Positions 41,052 to 50,448 of a stretch of DNA of 64,000 bases are shown here, one piece after another; the stretch's first letter is position 1; each line of letters begins with the position of its first letter. Made by a program: the position numbers and the translations under genes. Source of the stretch: a virus. Lineage: Duplodnaviria > Caudoviricetes. The stretch is taken from positions 1 through 64,000 of IMG/VR virus record IMGVR_UViG_3300011947_000001, one strand, 5' to 3'. The notes beneath the pieces are model-generated. The model saw only the letters and a program-made list of their open reading frames with translations, made no database searches and had not been told where the DNA came from.

Positions 41052-41091
41052 ACTCGATTCTCCACTAAATCATTTCTTCATTTCGATATCG

Positions 41092-41120
41092 AGTATATCA
41101 AATCATATTTGTTTTTGCAA
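41092..41120 (-). promoter_or_regulatory. sigma70-type early promoter
   Basis: TTGCAA-17 nt-TATACT. Confidence 0.75.
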
Positions 41121-41121
41121 A

Positions 41122-42489
41122 TTACAACTTAATTGCATTATCGTATTGCTTTAATACATCACTAAGATCATCAGCATAATCTTTGTCAATACGATATACA
41201 TCCTCGGCTAAACGTGGCAAGAATAGAGAATGTGTGGATTTGCGTTCAGTCGGTAACATGATATCATTTGATACAACTGATACAATTTTACCAATCCATT
41301 CATCAGGATCAGATTCAATAATATCACGCATCTTTTCATTCTTAATCGTTACATTAACTAGAACTTCACCACACGACGTTTTACAATGTAATGCTGCTGG
41401 TCGGCCTTCAACTTTGGTATCTTTCTTACCTTCAGCAATACCAGTGATTTCTAGATCAACAATGAATTCGACCTTCAATTTGATCTGTTCTTTACTGGTT
41501 CCATCTTTCCAGAACATATCTCGTTTTTTCACGATCGTACCTTCCAGCCCTCTTTTAATGGCTTCTTTGGCATGCTCAACACATTCTTCTTTTGAATAAA
41601 GAATTTTGTATTCAGCAATGCGAACATTTTCCTTATCGGATAGAAGTGATTCTAGCAATTCAACACGTTTCCAGTATGGCACTTTATATTCACCTTTAGG
41701 AACTGCACATTCAATAGGAATGATATCCCATACAGTGTAAACCACTTTCTGGTTTGCTTCTAACTGGCCGTCACCCTTGATCATGCTGGTGATGATACCA
41801 TTACCAATTTGACGTGGTAATGTTTCCCCATCCTGTTCAATGGTAAATTCCCCGTGTGTCTGATAACCATCTATATGTGCTAAATCAGCCGCAATTTCAG
41901 GGAATTTCTCCATTGGGATGTTTGTACCTTGGCGTGTGGTACATTGTGTTGTAAATACGATACAGTTCGCATTATTGAACATACCGTCATATTTGATTTC
42001 AGAAAACACACCTTTTGCATAATCCTCACCTGTGATCTTAGAATCAACAGGTAAAGAACAACGCATATATGGGTATTTCGGGATCAGACCTTTCCAGATT
42101 TTATTCGCTGTAGATTCAGAGAATCCAGCACGAAAATCTTTACGGATGATACGAATGAATAATTCAACAGATGCATCATTCAATGAATACAGATGTTCAA
42201 CGATGGCATCACGTGCTGCATGGCCTGTAAGATTACGTGTGACCAGATCATCTAGAATCTGGAAAGTTTTATCACTGAAGTCATCTTGACGGCTTTCGTA
42301 TAGATCACCTTTCACACCCCATGATGAATTAGGAATGATCCCATACACGAATTGTGGATTCAGTGCGTAGTAAATGACTTTCTTGAACAGATCATCCCCA
42401 GCATGCGACTGGATAATTGATTGTTTTTCTTTACCTTTGGTCGTAGCGGCTACTTGTTGGATAACCCCAAATATTTCTGAACTATTCAT
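41122..42489 (-). CDS. gp30: ATP-dependent DNA ligase (gp30)
   Basis: EIKYDG, HGEF, YTVWDII, EGTIVK, WKDGTSKEQIKLK, SLFLPR. Confidence 0.95.
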   Translation of the reverse strand: MNSSEIFGVIQQVAATTKGKEKQSIIQSHAGDDLFKKVIYYALNPQFVYGIIPNSSWGVKGDLYESRQDDFSDKTFQILDDLVTRNLTGHAARDAIVEHLYSLNDASVELFIRIIRKDFRAGFSESTANKIWKGLIPKYPYMRCSLPVDSKITGEDYAKGVFSEIKYDGMFNNANCIVFTTQCTTRQGTNIPMEKFPEIAADLAHIDGYQTHGEFTIEQDGETLPRQIGNGIITSMIKGDGQLEANQKVVYTVWDIIPIECAVPKGEYKVPYWKRVELLESLLSDKENVRIAEYKILYSKEECVEHAKEAIKRGLEGTIVKKRDMFWKDGTSKEQIKLKVEFIVDLEITGIAEGKKDTKVEGRPAALHCKTSCGEVLVNVTIKNEKMRDIIESDPDEWIGKIVSVVSNDIMLPTERKSTHSLFLPRLAEDVYRIDKDYADDLSDVLKQYDNAIKL

Positions 42490-42588
42490 TATTTCCCTGC
42501 AATACAAGATTTTGATTGGTTAATATATCATATTTGACAAATATGAAAAGATGATGTGATCTATTTAATCACATCATCCAATATAATT

Positions 42589-43221
42589 TTATAGTGCGAT
42601 TGAGTAGGTACTACCACCGTAGTATATTTTAACTAACGTACCATCTTCATTGATACTCAAAGTTGGATCATAAAGCTCAAGGTATCGTTTCAAGAAATCT
42701 TCTGGTTTTAATTCAATATTTTGGAAGTAGTTATTTGCAGCATCATATGCATAATCATCAGTATACTTGCTATCAACCTGAACCTTGGTATATTGCTTGT
42801 TTACGATGATTTTAACAACATCATCATAACGGATTTTGTTGTGACCTTTGAATGCAAACGGTTTGATGTGTTTAACGCTGAATGGATTATATGCTTCAAC
42901 ACGCTTTGTTCTAATAGAATCTGGTTCCCCAATCACTTCCTGAAGAAGTTCATGACTAAGTTCACGACCAGCTTCAATCTCATTAGCCAAGTTATACAAC
43001 TTATTAACGTAACCAGAATTTACCACATAAGTACGTGTTTCACCATTACGATAGAATCTTGATGTATCAGTAACTCGCAACTGGTTCCAACCACGATTAA
43101 AGTGAATAGACCAATTACCATCAGTAGTGACAAGCCAGAAGTCATGCTCAACAGCCAGACGTTTAAGAGATGAAGCTGTTACTTTCTTAACAATAGTCGG
43201 TTTAGTTTGTGCAATTGTCAT
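42589..43221 (-). CDS. hypothetical early protein (210 aa)
   Basis: ORF with its own promoter. Confidence 0.75.
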   Translation of the reverse strand: MTIAQTKPTIVKKVTASSLKRLAVEHDFWLVTTDGNWSIHFNRGWNQLRVTDTSRFYRNGETRTYVVNSGYVNKLYNLANEIEAGRELSHELLQEVIGEPDSIRTKRVEAYNPFSVKHIKPFAFKGHNKIRYDDVVKIIVNKQYTKVQVDSKYTDDYAYDAANNYFQNIELKPEDFLKRYLELYDPTLSINEDGTLVKIYYGGSTYSIAL

Positions 43222-43256
43222 ATCAAATACTCATCAGTAATTCATTCGATAAAACA

Positions 43257-43285
43257 ATCTTATCAAATGTGTATACAAATGTCAA
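43257..43285 (-). promoter_or_regulatory. sigma70-type early promoter
   Basis: TTGACA-17 nt-TAAGAT. Confidence 0.75.
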
Positions 43286-43296
43286 ATTTGATCTAA

Positions 43297-43893
43297 TTAG
43301 AATAAACTTCCAATCTTCTTATCACTAATAACCACGCCATTATTCGCCAGAATTGTATCAACCACATATTCAGCGGTGCATCCTCTAAACATAGTAGCCA
43401 GATTATAAATTCGGATTCCAACAGCTTTTGATAAACGCATTGCCTGTGCAGTACCACCTACCAAAGCACCATTTGGTGTCCAACAAATAATAAATTCACT
43501 ACTTGGTTCTCCAATCATCCCATGTACTTGAAAGAAATTTCGTGTCATCATCTGTTTACTTCTAGGTGATAAATCATATCCTTTTGGATGATATCGAAGA
43601 CTTTCATATGCACGGGCATAGTTTGGATCATTTATATCATCTGGTATATAGATATAACAAGACCTTCTAGAATCGTATGAGTGCGCGTTATTGAAGCCTT
43701 CAAATGGAATATATATGTTCATAGCCGAATCATTTTTAACGCCTAATTCGAACGCTAAATCGGCCCCTGTAGCGTGTCCTGAACGCAAGATGTATCCCTT
43801 GGTTTCTAGAATCGCTGCTATTTCAGTCATTAGATTCTGAATTGATTGTTCTGTATCTCTTGAACCTATACCAGCATAATATTTCTTATTCAT
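43297..43893 (-). CDS. SLOG/DprA(Smf)-like protein
   Basis: YAGIGSR, LRSGHATGAD-x-AFE, RN-x-x-QV-x-G, CWTP...GGTAQA. Confidence 0.8.
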   Translation of the reverse strand: MNKKYYAGIGSRDTEQSIQNLMTEIAAILETKGYILRSGHATGADLAFELGVKNDSAMNIYIPFEGFNNAHSYDSRRSCYIYIPDDINDPNYARAYESLRYHPKGYDLSPRSKQMMTRNFFQVHGMIGEPSSEFIICWTPNGALVGGTAQAMRLSKAVGIRIYNLATMFRGCTAEYVVDTILANNGVVISDKKIGSLF

Positions 43894-43948
43894 AAAACAT
43901 CTCTATTTTCTTTATACAATAATCAATTACTATATAATGATATAATTT

Positions 43949-44386
43949 TCACCAAGCTAACATATTGGCTGATGAATTACGCTTCTCAATCAGTTTAGTC
44001 AAAACTATCATTTGGGTTTTTGAACGATAATTACTGATACGAAAAACTAACTTGTGTTGTTCCAGTAGTTGTTTGCGTAATAAACTCAGATTATCAGTAG
44101 ATGTAATATTTAAGGATTGGTTTAATAGATTTGATAATAAAAGAGCTATAGCGTTTTCATACTGATCCATACAATCAATGTGAGTAATATAATGGTATTT
44201 ACCCTTATAAGATAATCTGACTCGATATCCATCTTTGTACACACGATCACGAATAAAAAATGTAACAAATCCCTGACCAATCAATTGAGAAATTTCATTG
44301 CTGATAAGTGGGGAAGATATATTATTGGCTACTATACCCATTTTACATATAACTCCAAAAATAAAATTGGAGATTATTATCTCCAA
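43949..44386 (-). CDS. hypothetical protein
   Basis: ORF track; start uncertain. Confidence 0.55.
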   Translation of the reverse strand: MEIIISNFIFGVICKMGIVANNISSPLISNEISQLIGQGFVTFFIRDRVYKDGYRVRLSYKGKYHYITHIDCMDQYENAIALLLSNLLNQSLNITSTDNLSLLRKQLLEQHKLVFRISNYRSKTQMIVLTKLIEKRNSSANMLAW

Positions 44387-44398
44387 AACTCAACATAT

Positions 44399-44722
44399 TT
44401 AATTGGTATTATCTAGAAAATATATAATACTACCAATATCAGTATCATAGTTTGAACGTAGTGATTGTTTAATCACATAATTAAAATCTGTTAAAATATC
44501 TAATACAATAGGATTCAGCTTTTTAAAGATTTCATTTTTATCCCCAATGAATCCATCATCAGCATTATCACCAAAGTTATAATACACAACAACAATATCT
44601 TTCGCTTCAAGAATAGATCGAATTGAGATTTTGTTTTCTTTAGCAGCAGTCACTATTGCGCTTTCTACTTCTGGCTTAATTGCTTTTGCATTCTTTCCAA
44701 CTAGAAAGTCTTTAATTTTCAT
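44399..44722 (-). CDS. hypothetical protein (107 aa) with partial capsid-targeting-like N-terminus
   Basis: MKIKDFL (no Glu at position 9-10); TTAAATA at 44752-44758. Confidence 0.65.
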   Translation of the reverse strand: MKIKDFLVGKNAKAIKPEVESAIVTAAKENKISIRSILEAKDIVVVYYNFGDNADDGFIGDKNEIFKKLNPIVLDILTDFNYVIKQSLRSNYDTDIGSIIYFLDNTN

Positions 44723-44754
44723 GATGAATCCATTTGATGAAATAATATCTTTAT

Positions 44755-44910
44755 TTAAGATTTGAACTCACTACCAAACACACTACAACTATATTCTTGA
44801 ATCATCGAAATCATTTCTTCTTTGTATTGATTCAAAGAGTATTCAATATCAATTTTTCTGATACTATTCACTTCAATCATATCTTCATTAGATAATTGAT
44901 TTAATTCCAT
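44755..44910 (-). CDS. hypothetical protein (51 aa)
   Basis: Manual translation MELNQLSNEDMIEVNSIRK...EFKS*; fills the gap between neighbours. Confidence 0.5.
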   Translation of the reverse strand: MELNQLSNEDMIEVNSIRKIDIEYSLNQYKEEMISMIQEYSCSVFGSEFKS

Positions 44911-44911
44911 T

Positions 44912-45415
44912 TTACACACCAAATATATTATCAAATTTGTTAATCGCTAACTTATATGCAGTATAGTCGAATCCAGTTATATTATCAACATATATAAAGC
45001 GATTTGTATGCTGATAACCCCCAGCCCCGAACATATCATCTATAACAATATAATCAACATATATATTTTTATCCAACCATTGTTGAATCTGAAGACCACG
45101 CAAATCATTGTTTTCTATGTTATATGGCAAGTTTTCAGTCGTGGTATAATCAACCAACTGACAAGTAAAACCGATGTATTTGAATAGTTGTTTCATATAT
45201 GGCAATTCATAATCTTGTCGCCATGTACTGGAAAATACAACCTTCAGATTATACCGATCACACAACGCATTGATATTTCGTACCAGTTGTGGTTTATAAT
45301 AAATTGTAGGGAATACACATCCGTCGATATTAAGTTGTCTGTTGTCCTTACTCAATAATTTATTCTCTATCGTATTGAATACCCCGTCAGCATCTAGGAA
45401 CAGGAAGTTATCCAT
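44912..45415 (-). CDS. HAD-family phosphatase (HAD_SAK_2-like)
   Basis: FLDADGVFN, VFSSTWR, RGLQIQQWL, IVIDD. Confidence 0.85.
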   Translation of the reverse strand: MDNFLFLDADGVFNTIENKLLSKDNRQLNIDGCVFPTIYYKPQLVRNINALCDRYNLKVVFSSTWRQDYELPYMKQLFKYIGFTCQLVDYTTTENLPYNIENNDLRGLQIQQWLDKNIYVDYIVIDDMFGAGGYQHTNRFIYVDNITGFDYTAYKLAINKFDNIFGV

Positions 45416-45490
45416 ATTTGTAAAACTCCAATAATTTAAATATAATTAAAACAAACATAATTTATTATATAATGAAAGAGTGTCAAAAAG

Positions 45491-46222
45491 ATGAATTTTC
45501 AGGAATTTTTATTAACTGAATCGATCAATGACAAGGGCCGTTTAAAAGCCCTGATGGTTATTGGTTCTGCTGGTGCGGGGAAATCGTATACGATTTCACA
45601 GTTGAATGGTGTCGTAACGCCTAAGATCGTGAATACGGATCGCTTCCTAGAGTTCTACGCTAAAAAGATTGGTGTCAAAGCTACACCTGATAACTGGCGT
45701 TCCTTGTTCCGTGAAAAGACCAAGGCTACTACAGAGAAAATGACCTACAACTATCTGAATGGTTTACTACCACTATTCATTGACAGTACCAGTAACAACG
45801 TATCAAACATTATTTCACGTGCTGCTGTGCTTGAATCTATTGGGTATGATGTCGGTTATGTATTCGTCAATGCCAACATCGAAACAGTGTTGAAACGTGT
45901 ACAGGATCGCAATTCTAAGATTGATCGTGAAGTTGATCTGGATTTCGTTAAAAAAGTACATTCTAAAGTGAATGATGATGTTGAATTCCTTCGCAATAAA
46001 GGTAATTTCTTCTTAGAAATTAACAACTCTGAAGGTGAACTTACAAACGATATCATCAATTCTGTATTCAAGAAAGCCCAAAGTTTCTTCAGTGGTGAAC
46101 TTAAAAATCCAATCGGGAAACGCATTATTTCAGAAATGGAAGAATCCAAGCAAAAATATCTGGTTCCTGAAGTTTACAGTGAAGAAGATTTGAAAAAGAA
46201 AGTTGAACGCTGGTACAAATAA
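45491..46222 (+). CDS. zeta-toxin/AAA_33-like P-loop kinase with capsid-targeting-like N-terminus
   Basis: MNFQEFLLTE; GSAGAGKS, IVNTD, FIDST, LKRVQDR; TTAAATA at 45436-45442. Confidence 0.78.
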   Translation: MNFQEFLLTESINDKGRLKALMVIGSAGAGKSYTISQLNGVVTPKIVNTDRFLEFYAKKIGVKATPDNWRSLFREKTKATTEKMTYNYLNGLLPLFIDSTSNNVSNIISRAAVLESIGYDVGYVFVNANIETVLKRVQDRNSKIDREVDLDFVKKVHSKVNDDVEFLRNKGNFFLEINNSEGELTNDIINSVFKKAQSFFSGELKNPIGKRIISEMEESKQKYLVPEVYSEEDLKKKVERWYK

Positions 46223-46224
46223 TA

Positions 46225-46248
46225 AAAAGGGATCATATGATCCCTTTT
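46225..46248. terminator. bidirectional intrinsic terminator
   Basis: Perfect palindrome AAAAGGGATCATATGATCCCTTTT. Confidence 0.8.
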
Positions 46249-46260
46249 CTTTTGGAATAA

Positions 46261-46650
46261 TTATTCCCAAACAGTAACTTGCTTAACAACAGGCTTCACT
46301 TCATGATAACCTTCATATTCAGAACCATAGTGTGATGCGTACCAACCATGAAATTTGATTGCTACAGATTCATCACCACGTGTGAATTTCCAGATGTAGT
46401 AATAATCGCGCCCGCAATCTTCACCACCATAATTATCAACATATTCAAACGTGATATCCTTGGCAAGCTTGATGATTTCAAGATCAAGTTCGGTGAAGTC
46501 TTTACTATCTGACTCTAACTGTGCAACAACAAGTTCTTCGAAGCTATTTTCCTTATTAGGATAAGCTGAAAAATCTTCATGGAAAAAAGCATTTTCCATA
46601 TCCTCACAATGACCAATAATCTTAGTCAAATCTTCATACAATGTACCCAT
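46261..46650 (-). CDS. small acidic paralogue family member A
   Basis: C-terminal WKFTRGDESVAIKFHGWYASHYGSEYEGYHEVKPVVKQVTVWE; start at ATG 46650 (GGAG SD). Confidence 0.75.
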   Translation of the reverse strand: MGTLYEDLTKIIGHCEDMENAFFHEDFSAYPNKENSFEELVVAQLESDSKDFTELDLEIIKLAKDITFEYVDNYGGEDCGRDYYYIWKFTRGDESVAIKFHGWYASHYGSEYEGYHEVKPVVKQVTVWE

Positions 46651-46663
46651 GTCTTCTACTCCA

Positions 46664-47019
46664 TCACTCAAAAGTTAATACCGACTTCACTACAGGATTC
46701 GCACGATAGAAAACATGAAATGTATTACCATAATGGGAATGATGAATCCCCATCAAATTTGATATGCACTTCTTCATCATTTCGTGTAAATTTGTAAATT
46801 TTGAAGTATGATAACCCATCTTTTTCGTTATTACCACCAAATTCTTAAATTATTTCAAATATGATTTCATTTGATAGATGGGTTACAAATTTGTATGTTG
46901 GAGTTAGTCACAGCTAAGGCGATGATATAAAAAAGGGTATTACTAGAGTAACACCCGTTAAATAATGATTCAATCACATCAGTACAAGGTTGATAAGAAA
47001 ATCAACTGCTTATATTCAT
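46664..47019 (-). pseudogene. disrupted copy of the small acidic paralogue family
   Basis: ...FEII*EFGGNNEKDGLSYFKIYKFTRNDEEVHIKFDG, then a shifted frame IHHSHYGNTF...NPVVKSVLTFE*. In-frame TAA at 46845-46847, an extra G in the GGGG run at 46748-46751, and further upstream lesions. Confidence 0.7.
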
Positions 47020-47041
47020 AAAGTGAATGCATCATATATGC

Positions 47042-47359
47042 TTATTCGAAGAAATAAACAACTTTTTCTTTCTGTTCGACCAATTGAATATCATTTCCAT
47101 ATGAAAGACCTTCGCAGGAATTTTCATACTTTGTAAATTTCAAGAATACAACTTGATTTTCACGTTCGAATTTCATAATAGTAAATAAGTATTCATGTTG
47201 TGCCACTTCATGACTGATATTCATATTTTTTATAATATCGCGTATGCCGTGATGATTGCCTTCAATGAATTGAGTATATTCATAGCTATCATCAATAGCA
47301 GAAAAGAAGTCAACTAACATTCCGCCAAAAAATTTCTGTAATTCAGTATACATATTCAT
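47042..47359 (-). CDS. small acidic paralogue family member B (divergent)
   Basis: IMKFERENQVVFLKF...SCEG...VEQKEKVVYFFE. Confidence 0.7.
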   Translation of the reverse strand: MNMYTELQKFFGGMLVDFFSAIDDSYEYTQFIEGNHHGIRDIIKNMNISHEVAQHEYLFTIMKFERENQVVFLKFTKYENSCEGLSYGNDIQLVEQKEKVVYFFE

Positions 47360-47459
47360 ATGTCCTATTTTAATTCGATGATAATATAAGATTTAGGAGT
47401 AACCATTGAATAACCATCATTATTCGCCAATTTGAAAGAGCTAGAATGTCAGTCATCAG

Positions 47460-47783
47460 TTATGACTTCTTAGGCATAACGCTTAAATCGATATATGCGT
47501 GGCTACCGAAGTATAAAACCCAAGATAGCCTACCATGCGGTTTTGCTTCTGGTTCAGCGTGAAACTTCTCAAAAGCAACTCCTGCAAACATATTTAAATG
47601 TTCAGCAAGTGTTTGCGCTAATTCAGTTGCTTCAATAGCACTATCAGTCCAAGGGATAGCAACCAAATCAAAATCAAGATTCATTGTTCCATGTACAGCA
47701 AGTGCATATCCATTATCTCTAGCAATATCACACAACCCACAGTACATGGATGCAAAAATAGGTGAAAAGGTTGGTTCTTTCAT
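47460..47783 (-). CDS. hypothetical protein, possible minimal nucleotidyltransferase-like motif
   Basis: ALAVHGTMNLDFDLVAIPW (GS/T...DxD pattern). Confidence 0.55.
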   Translation of the reverse strand: MKEPTFSPIFASMYCGLCDIARDNGYALAVHGTMNLDFDLVAIPWTDSAIEATELAQTLAEHLNMFAGVAFEKFHAEPEAKPHGRLSWVLYFGSHAYIDLSVMPKKS

Positions 47784-47807
47784 TATGAGTTATTCCACAC
47801 GATATTC

Positions 47808-47990
47808 CTAAATAGAAACATAACACAGATCAATTACACACGTTATTCCGTAGAGCCATTTAAATTTACTTAAAGCAGATTTAATACTTTCGATGATACG
47901 TTCTTTATGCTGAAGACAATCCAACTGAAATATCTTTTCGTTGTGAGTCTTTGCACTATTGTATGCGTCAATCAAATTCTTGTTCGTCAT
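47808..47990 (-). CDS. hypothetical protein
   Basis: Start refined to ATG 47990, overlapping the upstream gene end. Confidence 0.5.
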   Translation of the reverse strand: MTNKNLIDAYNSAKTHNEKIFQLDCLQHKERIIESIKSALSKFKWLYGITCVIDLCYVSI

Positions 47991-48291
47991 TTGCATATTT
48001 CTCATTATATTCTTTCCAAAGCTGATCATATGTGATGTAACAATCTAGCGGGAAAAATTTAATATGTTCTTTAGTATATTCACGAATCTGATGACCAAGT
48101 TCATGAGATAGGTTTTGGAATGATGGATATGGCAATCTACCTTCATCTTCCAGATGACTAGAAGCTTCTAGGAACATCCCAATTTGATATAAAAAATCAA
48201 GCGGAACGGTAACGGTTTTACCGTCCAGCTTTCCTTTTACAACTTCCAGCATTTGTGCTGCATATTCTTCACGCGAAATTTCTTCAGTCAT
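47968..48291 (-). CDS. hypothetical protein (107 aa)
   Basis: ORF track. Confidence 0.7.
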   Translation of the reverse strand: MTEEISREEYAAQMLEVVKGKLDGKTVTVPLDFLYQIGMFLEASSHLEDEGRLPYPSFQNLSHELGHQIREYTKEHIKFFPLDCYITYDQLWKEYNEKYANDEQEFD

Positions 48292-48304
48292 ATATCACCA
48301 AATA

Positions 48305-48961
48305 TTATTCTTCAGTTGAATCCTCAACATCTTCAGTCAAAACTTCAACTTCGATCTGTTCAACTTCTTCCAGTAAGATACCCAATGCTTGTTCACGCAA
48401 GAAACGTGCATTGTTGGTTTGTGGTTCTTGATGACGCAATTCAATTGATACGTCTTCAGTCAAAGAACGGAATTCGAATGAACGGCCGCCAATCTTAGAA
48501 TAGAATTGAGTTTTGATATTGCCAAATGTAGCATTACCAACTTTTACCTTTTTGTTGTATTCGATCCAGTCGCATTCTTTAGATGTTCCCCAAAGATACG
48601 CATTCTGACCACCTTGTGGAATGATCAATACAGAATCTTGCTTGTATTTGTAGCCAAGGCGGAAAATAAATTTATCGAATTCATTATCAGTTAAACCCGT
48701 GTTCTGAACAAAGAAAGAAAGTTCTTTTACAACTGTTTCTTTTCCTTCTGCATCCACTTCGACATAGTTTCCCTGCACTTGTGTATAGGACAAACCTTTT
48801 TTTGAAAGAAGCCCAGCTAATTCAGCATTACGTTTACGTTTTTCTTGCTTGGTTGCGTCCCCACGGAATGCAGTCAAGATTGCGCAACGGGATTCTTCAG
48901 TTTTACGAAGAACTTTTGTTAAAGAAGATTCAGCCAAGTATTGTGTGAATTCATTAGACAT
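48305..48961 (-). CDS. putative internal virion protein, DUF3293-like domain
   Basis: MSNEFTQYLAE; AILTAFRG...RN-x-x-L...V-x-GNYVE...ELSFFV...YKQDSVL; TTAAATA at 49004-49010. Confidence 0.6.
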   Translation of the reverse strand: MSNEFTQYLAESSLTKVLRKTEESRCAILTAFRGDATKQEKRKRNAELAGLLSKKGLSYTQVQGNYVEVDAEGKETVVKELSFFVQNTGLTDNEFDKFIFRLGYKYKQDSVLIIPQGGQNAYLWGTSKECDWIEYNKKVKVGNATFGNIKTQFYSKIGGRSFEFRSLTEDVSIELRHQEPQTNNARFLREQALGILLEEVEQIEVEVLTEDVEDSTEE

Positions 48962-49019
48962 TTTAATTAACCTGTTAATAATTTAGTATTCAAATAATAA
49001 CATTATTTAATCAAATTTG

Positions 49020-49250
49020 TCAAATATGATTTTGACTAGCTCTTTCGAATTCAGCAATTACTTCTTCAGGGGTAGAAAGATTAGAATTAATAATATTATT
49101 ATCATTCCAGTAATCATCCCCAACATCAACTGTAGTAGTAGATACGCATCTGATCAATTGTTCACATGATTGTTTAATATCAACCAATATATCTTCAACT
49201 TCAAATGATTCAAAATCAACAACAATTAATTCAATTCGATGTAGTTTCAT
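49020..49250 (-). CDS. hypothetical protein (76 aa)
   Basis: ORF track; AAGG SD. Confidence 0.7.
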   Translation of the reverse strand: MKLHRIELIVVDFESFEVEDILVDIKQSCEQLIRCVSTTTVDVGDDYWNDNNIINSNLSTPEEVIAEFERASQNHI

Positions 49251-49461
49251 ATTTCAATTCCCTTCCTAGTTCATCATCACATTCGACATTTCGCATCAGT
49301 AATTCACCGTGGCGTGATTCTAATTCGTTCATGGATACCAATTCACATCCACATTTACAGCGGGTGATCTTGACTGGGTATCCATAACAACCACACATAT
49401 AACCGCTACAACACGTTAATAATTCAAAGCCAGTATCATCACATGTACTACATTCACTCAT
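49231..49461 (-). CDS. small Cys-rich hypothetical protein
   Basis: MSECSTC...CCSGYMCGCYG...CKCGC; GAGG SD. Confidence 0.65.
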   Translation of the reverse strand: MSECSTCDDTGFELLTCCSGYMCGCYGYPVKITRCKCGCELVSMNELESRHGELLMRNVECDDELGRELKYETTSN

Positions 49462-49789
49462 ATCGAACCTCATGGGTAAATACCATTCTTGCGCCATCCA
49501 CCAGTTCCCCGAAAAACTCAATTATACATGGATATTTTTCTATTGTTGTATCTTCTGGCAACCTATATGCATTCATGATAATTATATTTTCAAATTCATT
49601 GTTTATGCGCCAAATATCACATTCCAGACGTTGAATCATGAATTTTAAATCATTTACATAATTAGCTTCTTCACCGGATGTAGTTTTAACAAACCCATTC
49701 AGAATTTCCAAATCACCAGCATAGAAAAAATCTTTATACGCATTATAAAGAATTCTTCTATGTGCATGTCTTATTTCCTGCTTATTCAT
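49454..49789 (-). CDS. hypothetical protein (111 aa)
   Basis: ORF track with ATGA overlaps. Confidence 0.7.
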   Translation of the reverse strand: MNKQEIRHAHRRILYNAYKDFFYAGDLEILNGFVKTTSGEEANYVNDLKFMIQRLECDIWRINNEFENIIIMNAYRLPEDTTIEKYPCIIEFFGELVDGARMVFTHEVRYE

Positions 49790-50120
49790 ATACAGTAATA
49801 ACTTGCTGTTTTGGTTCTACAAATTTCCAACCATGATAATTTTCCCCAATATATGATTGATATGATCCAAAAAAGCGAACATAAAATTCATCAGAACCAT
49901 ATGTAAACTTATATACTGAATATTGGGTGCAACCATCACCATTATAGTAAATATCGCCAGCGATCAAGGTTTCAATGCGGAAATATTTAGTGCATTCTTC
50001 ATTTGCATAAAATGTAAGATCGTCTGTATTATAACCATTGAATAGATAATTGATTTCGCGATCATCTATGCTATCCAATTGTTTAGCTAGACAATCTTTT
50101 AAATCATGCATCTGTTTCAT
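49782..50120 (-). CDS. small acidic paralogue family member C
   Basis: YKFTYGSDEFYVRFFGSYQSYIGENYHGWKFVEPKQQVITVYE. Confidence 0.75.
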   Translation of the reverse strand: MKQMHDLKDCLAKQLDSIDDREINYLFNGYNTDDLTFYANEECTKYFRIETLIAGDIYYNGDGCTQYSVYKFTYGSDEFYVRFFGSYQSYIGENYHGWKFVEPKQQVITVYE

Positions 50121-50448
50121 ATATCACCACCGTTTTTTCTTTAGGAGAAACAAATTCCCACCCATCATATTCAGTACCATTATAAGATTCATATGTCCCA
50201 TAGAATCGAACAAAATATTCCTCATCTTCATATGAAAACTTATATACAGAAAACCGTTCTAAGCCATCACCTGTATAATGAATTTCAGCCGATTTAACAC
50301 ATTCGTCATCAAAGTATCCGACTTCTTTATCGCCATCCAATATTACAAGTATAGGATCATAACTAAAACTACCAAGAACAAGTTTTAGTAAATCACTTTC
50401 TTTAAGCTTATTCAAACCAGCTTCCAACTGACTTTTATACTTATTCAT
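50104..50448 (-). CDS. small acidic paralogue family member D
   Basis: YKFSYEDEEYFVRFYGTYESYNGTEYDGWEFVSPKEKTVVIYE. Confidence 0.75.
   Translation of the reverse strand: MNKYKSQLEAGLNKLKESDLLKLVLGSFSYDPILVILDGDKEVGYFDDECVKSAEIHYTGDGLERFSVYKFSYEDEEYFVRFYGTYESYNGTEYDGWEFVSPKEKTVVIYETDA

Noticed and set aside
47371-47457. 28-codon hydrophobic ORF (MTDILALSNWRIMMVIQWLLLNLILSSN) between genes
   Set aside because: No SD, and hydrophobic short ORFs arise easily in AT-rich DNA; would need Ribo-seq
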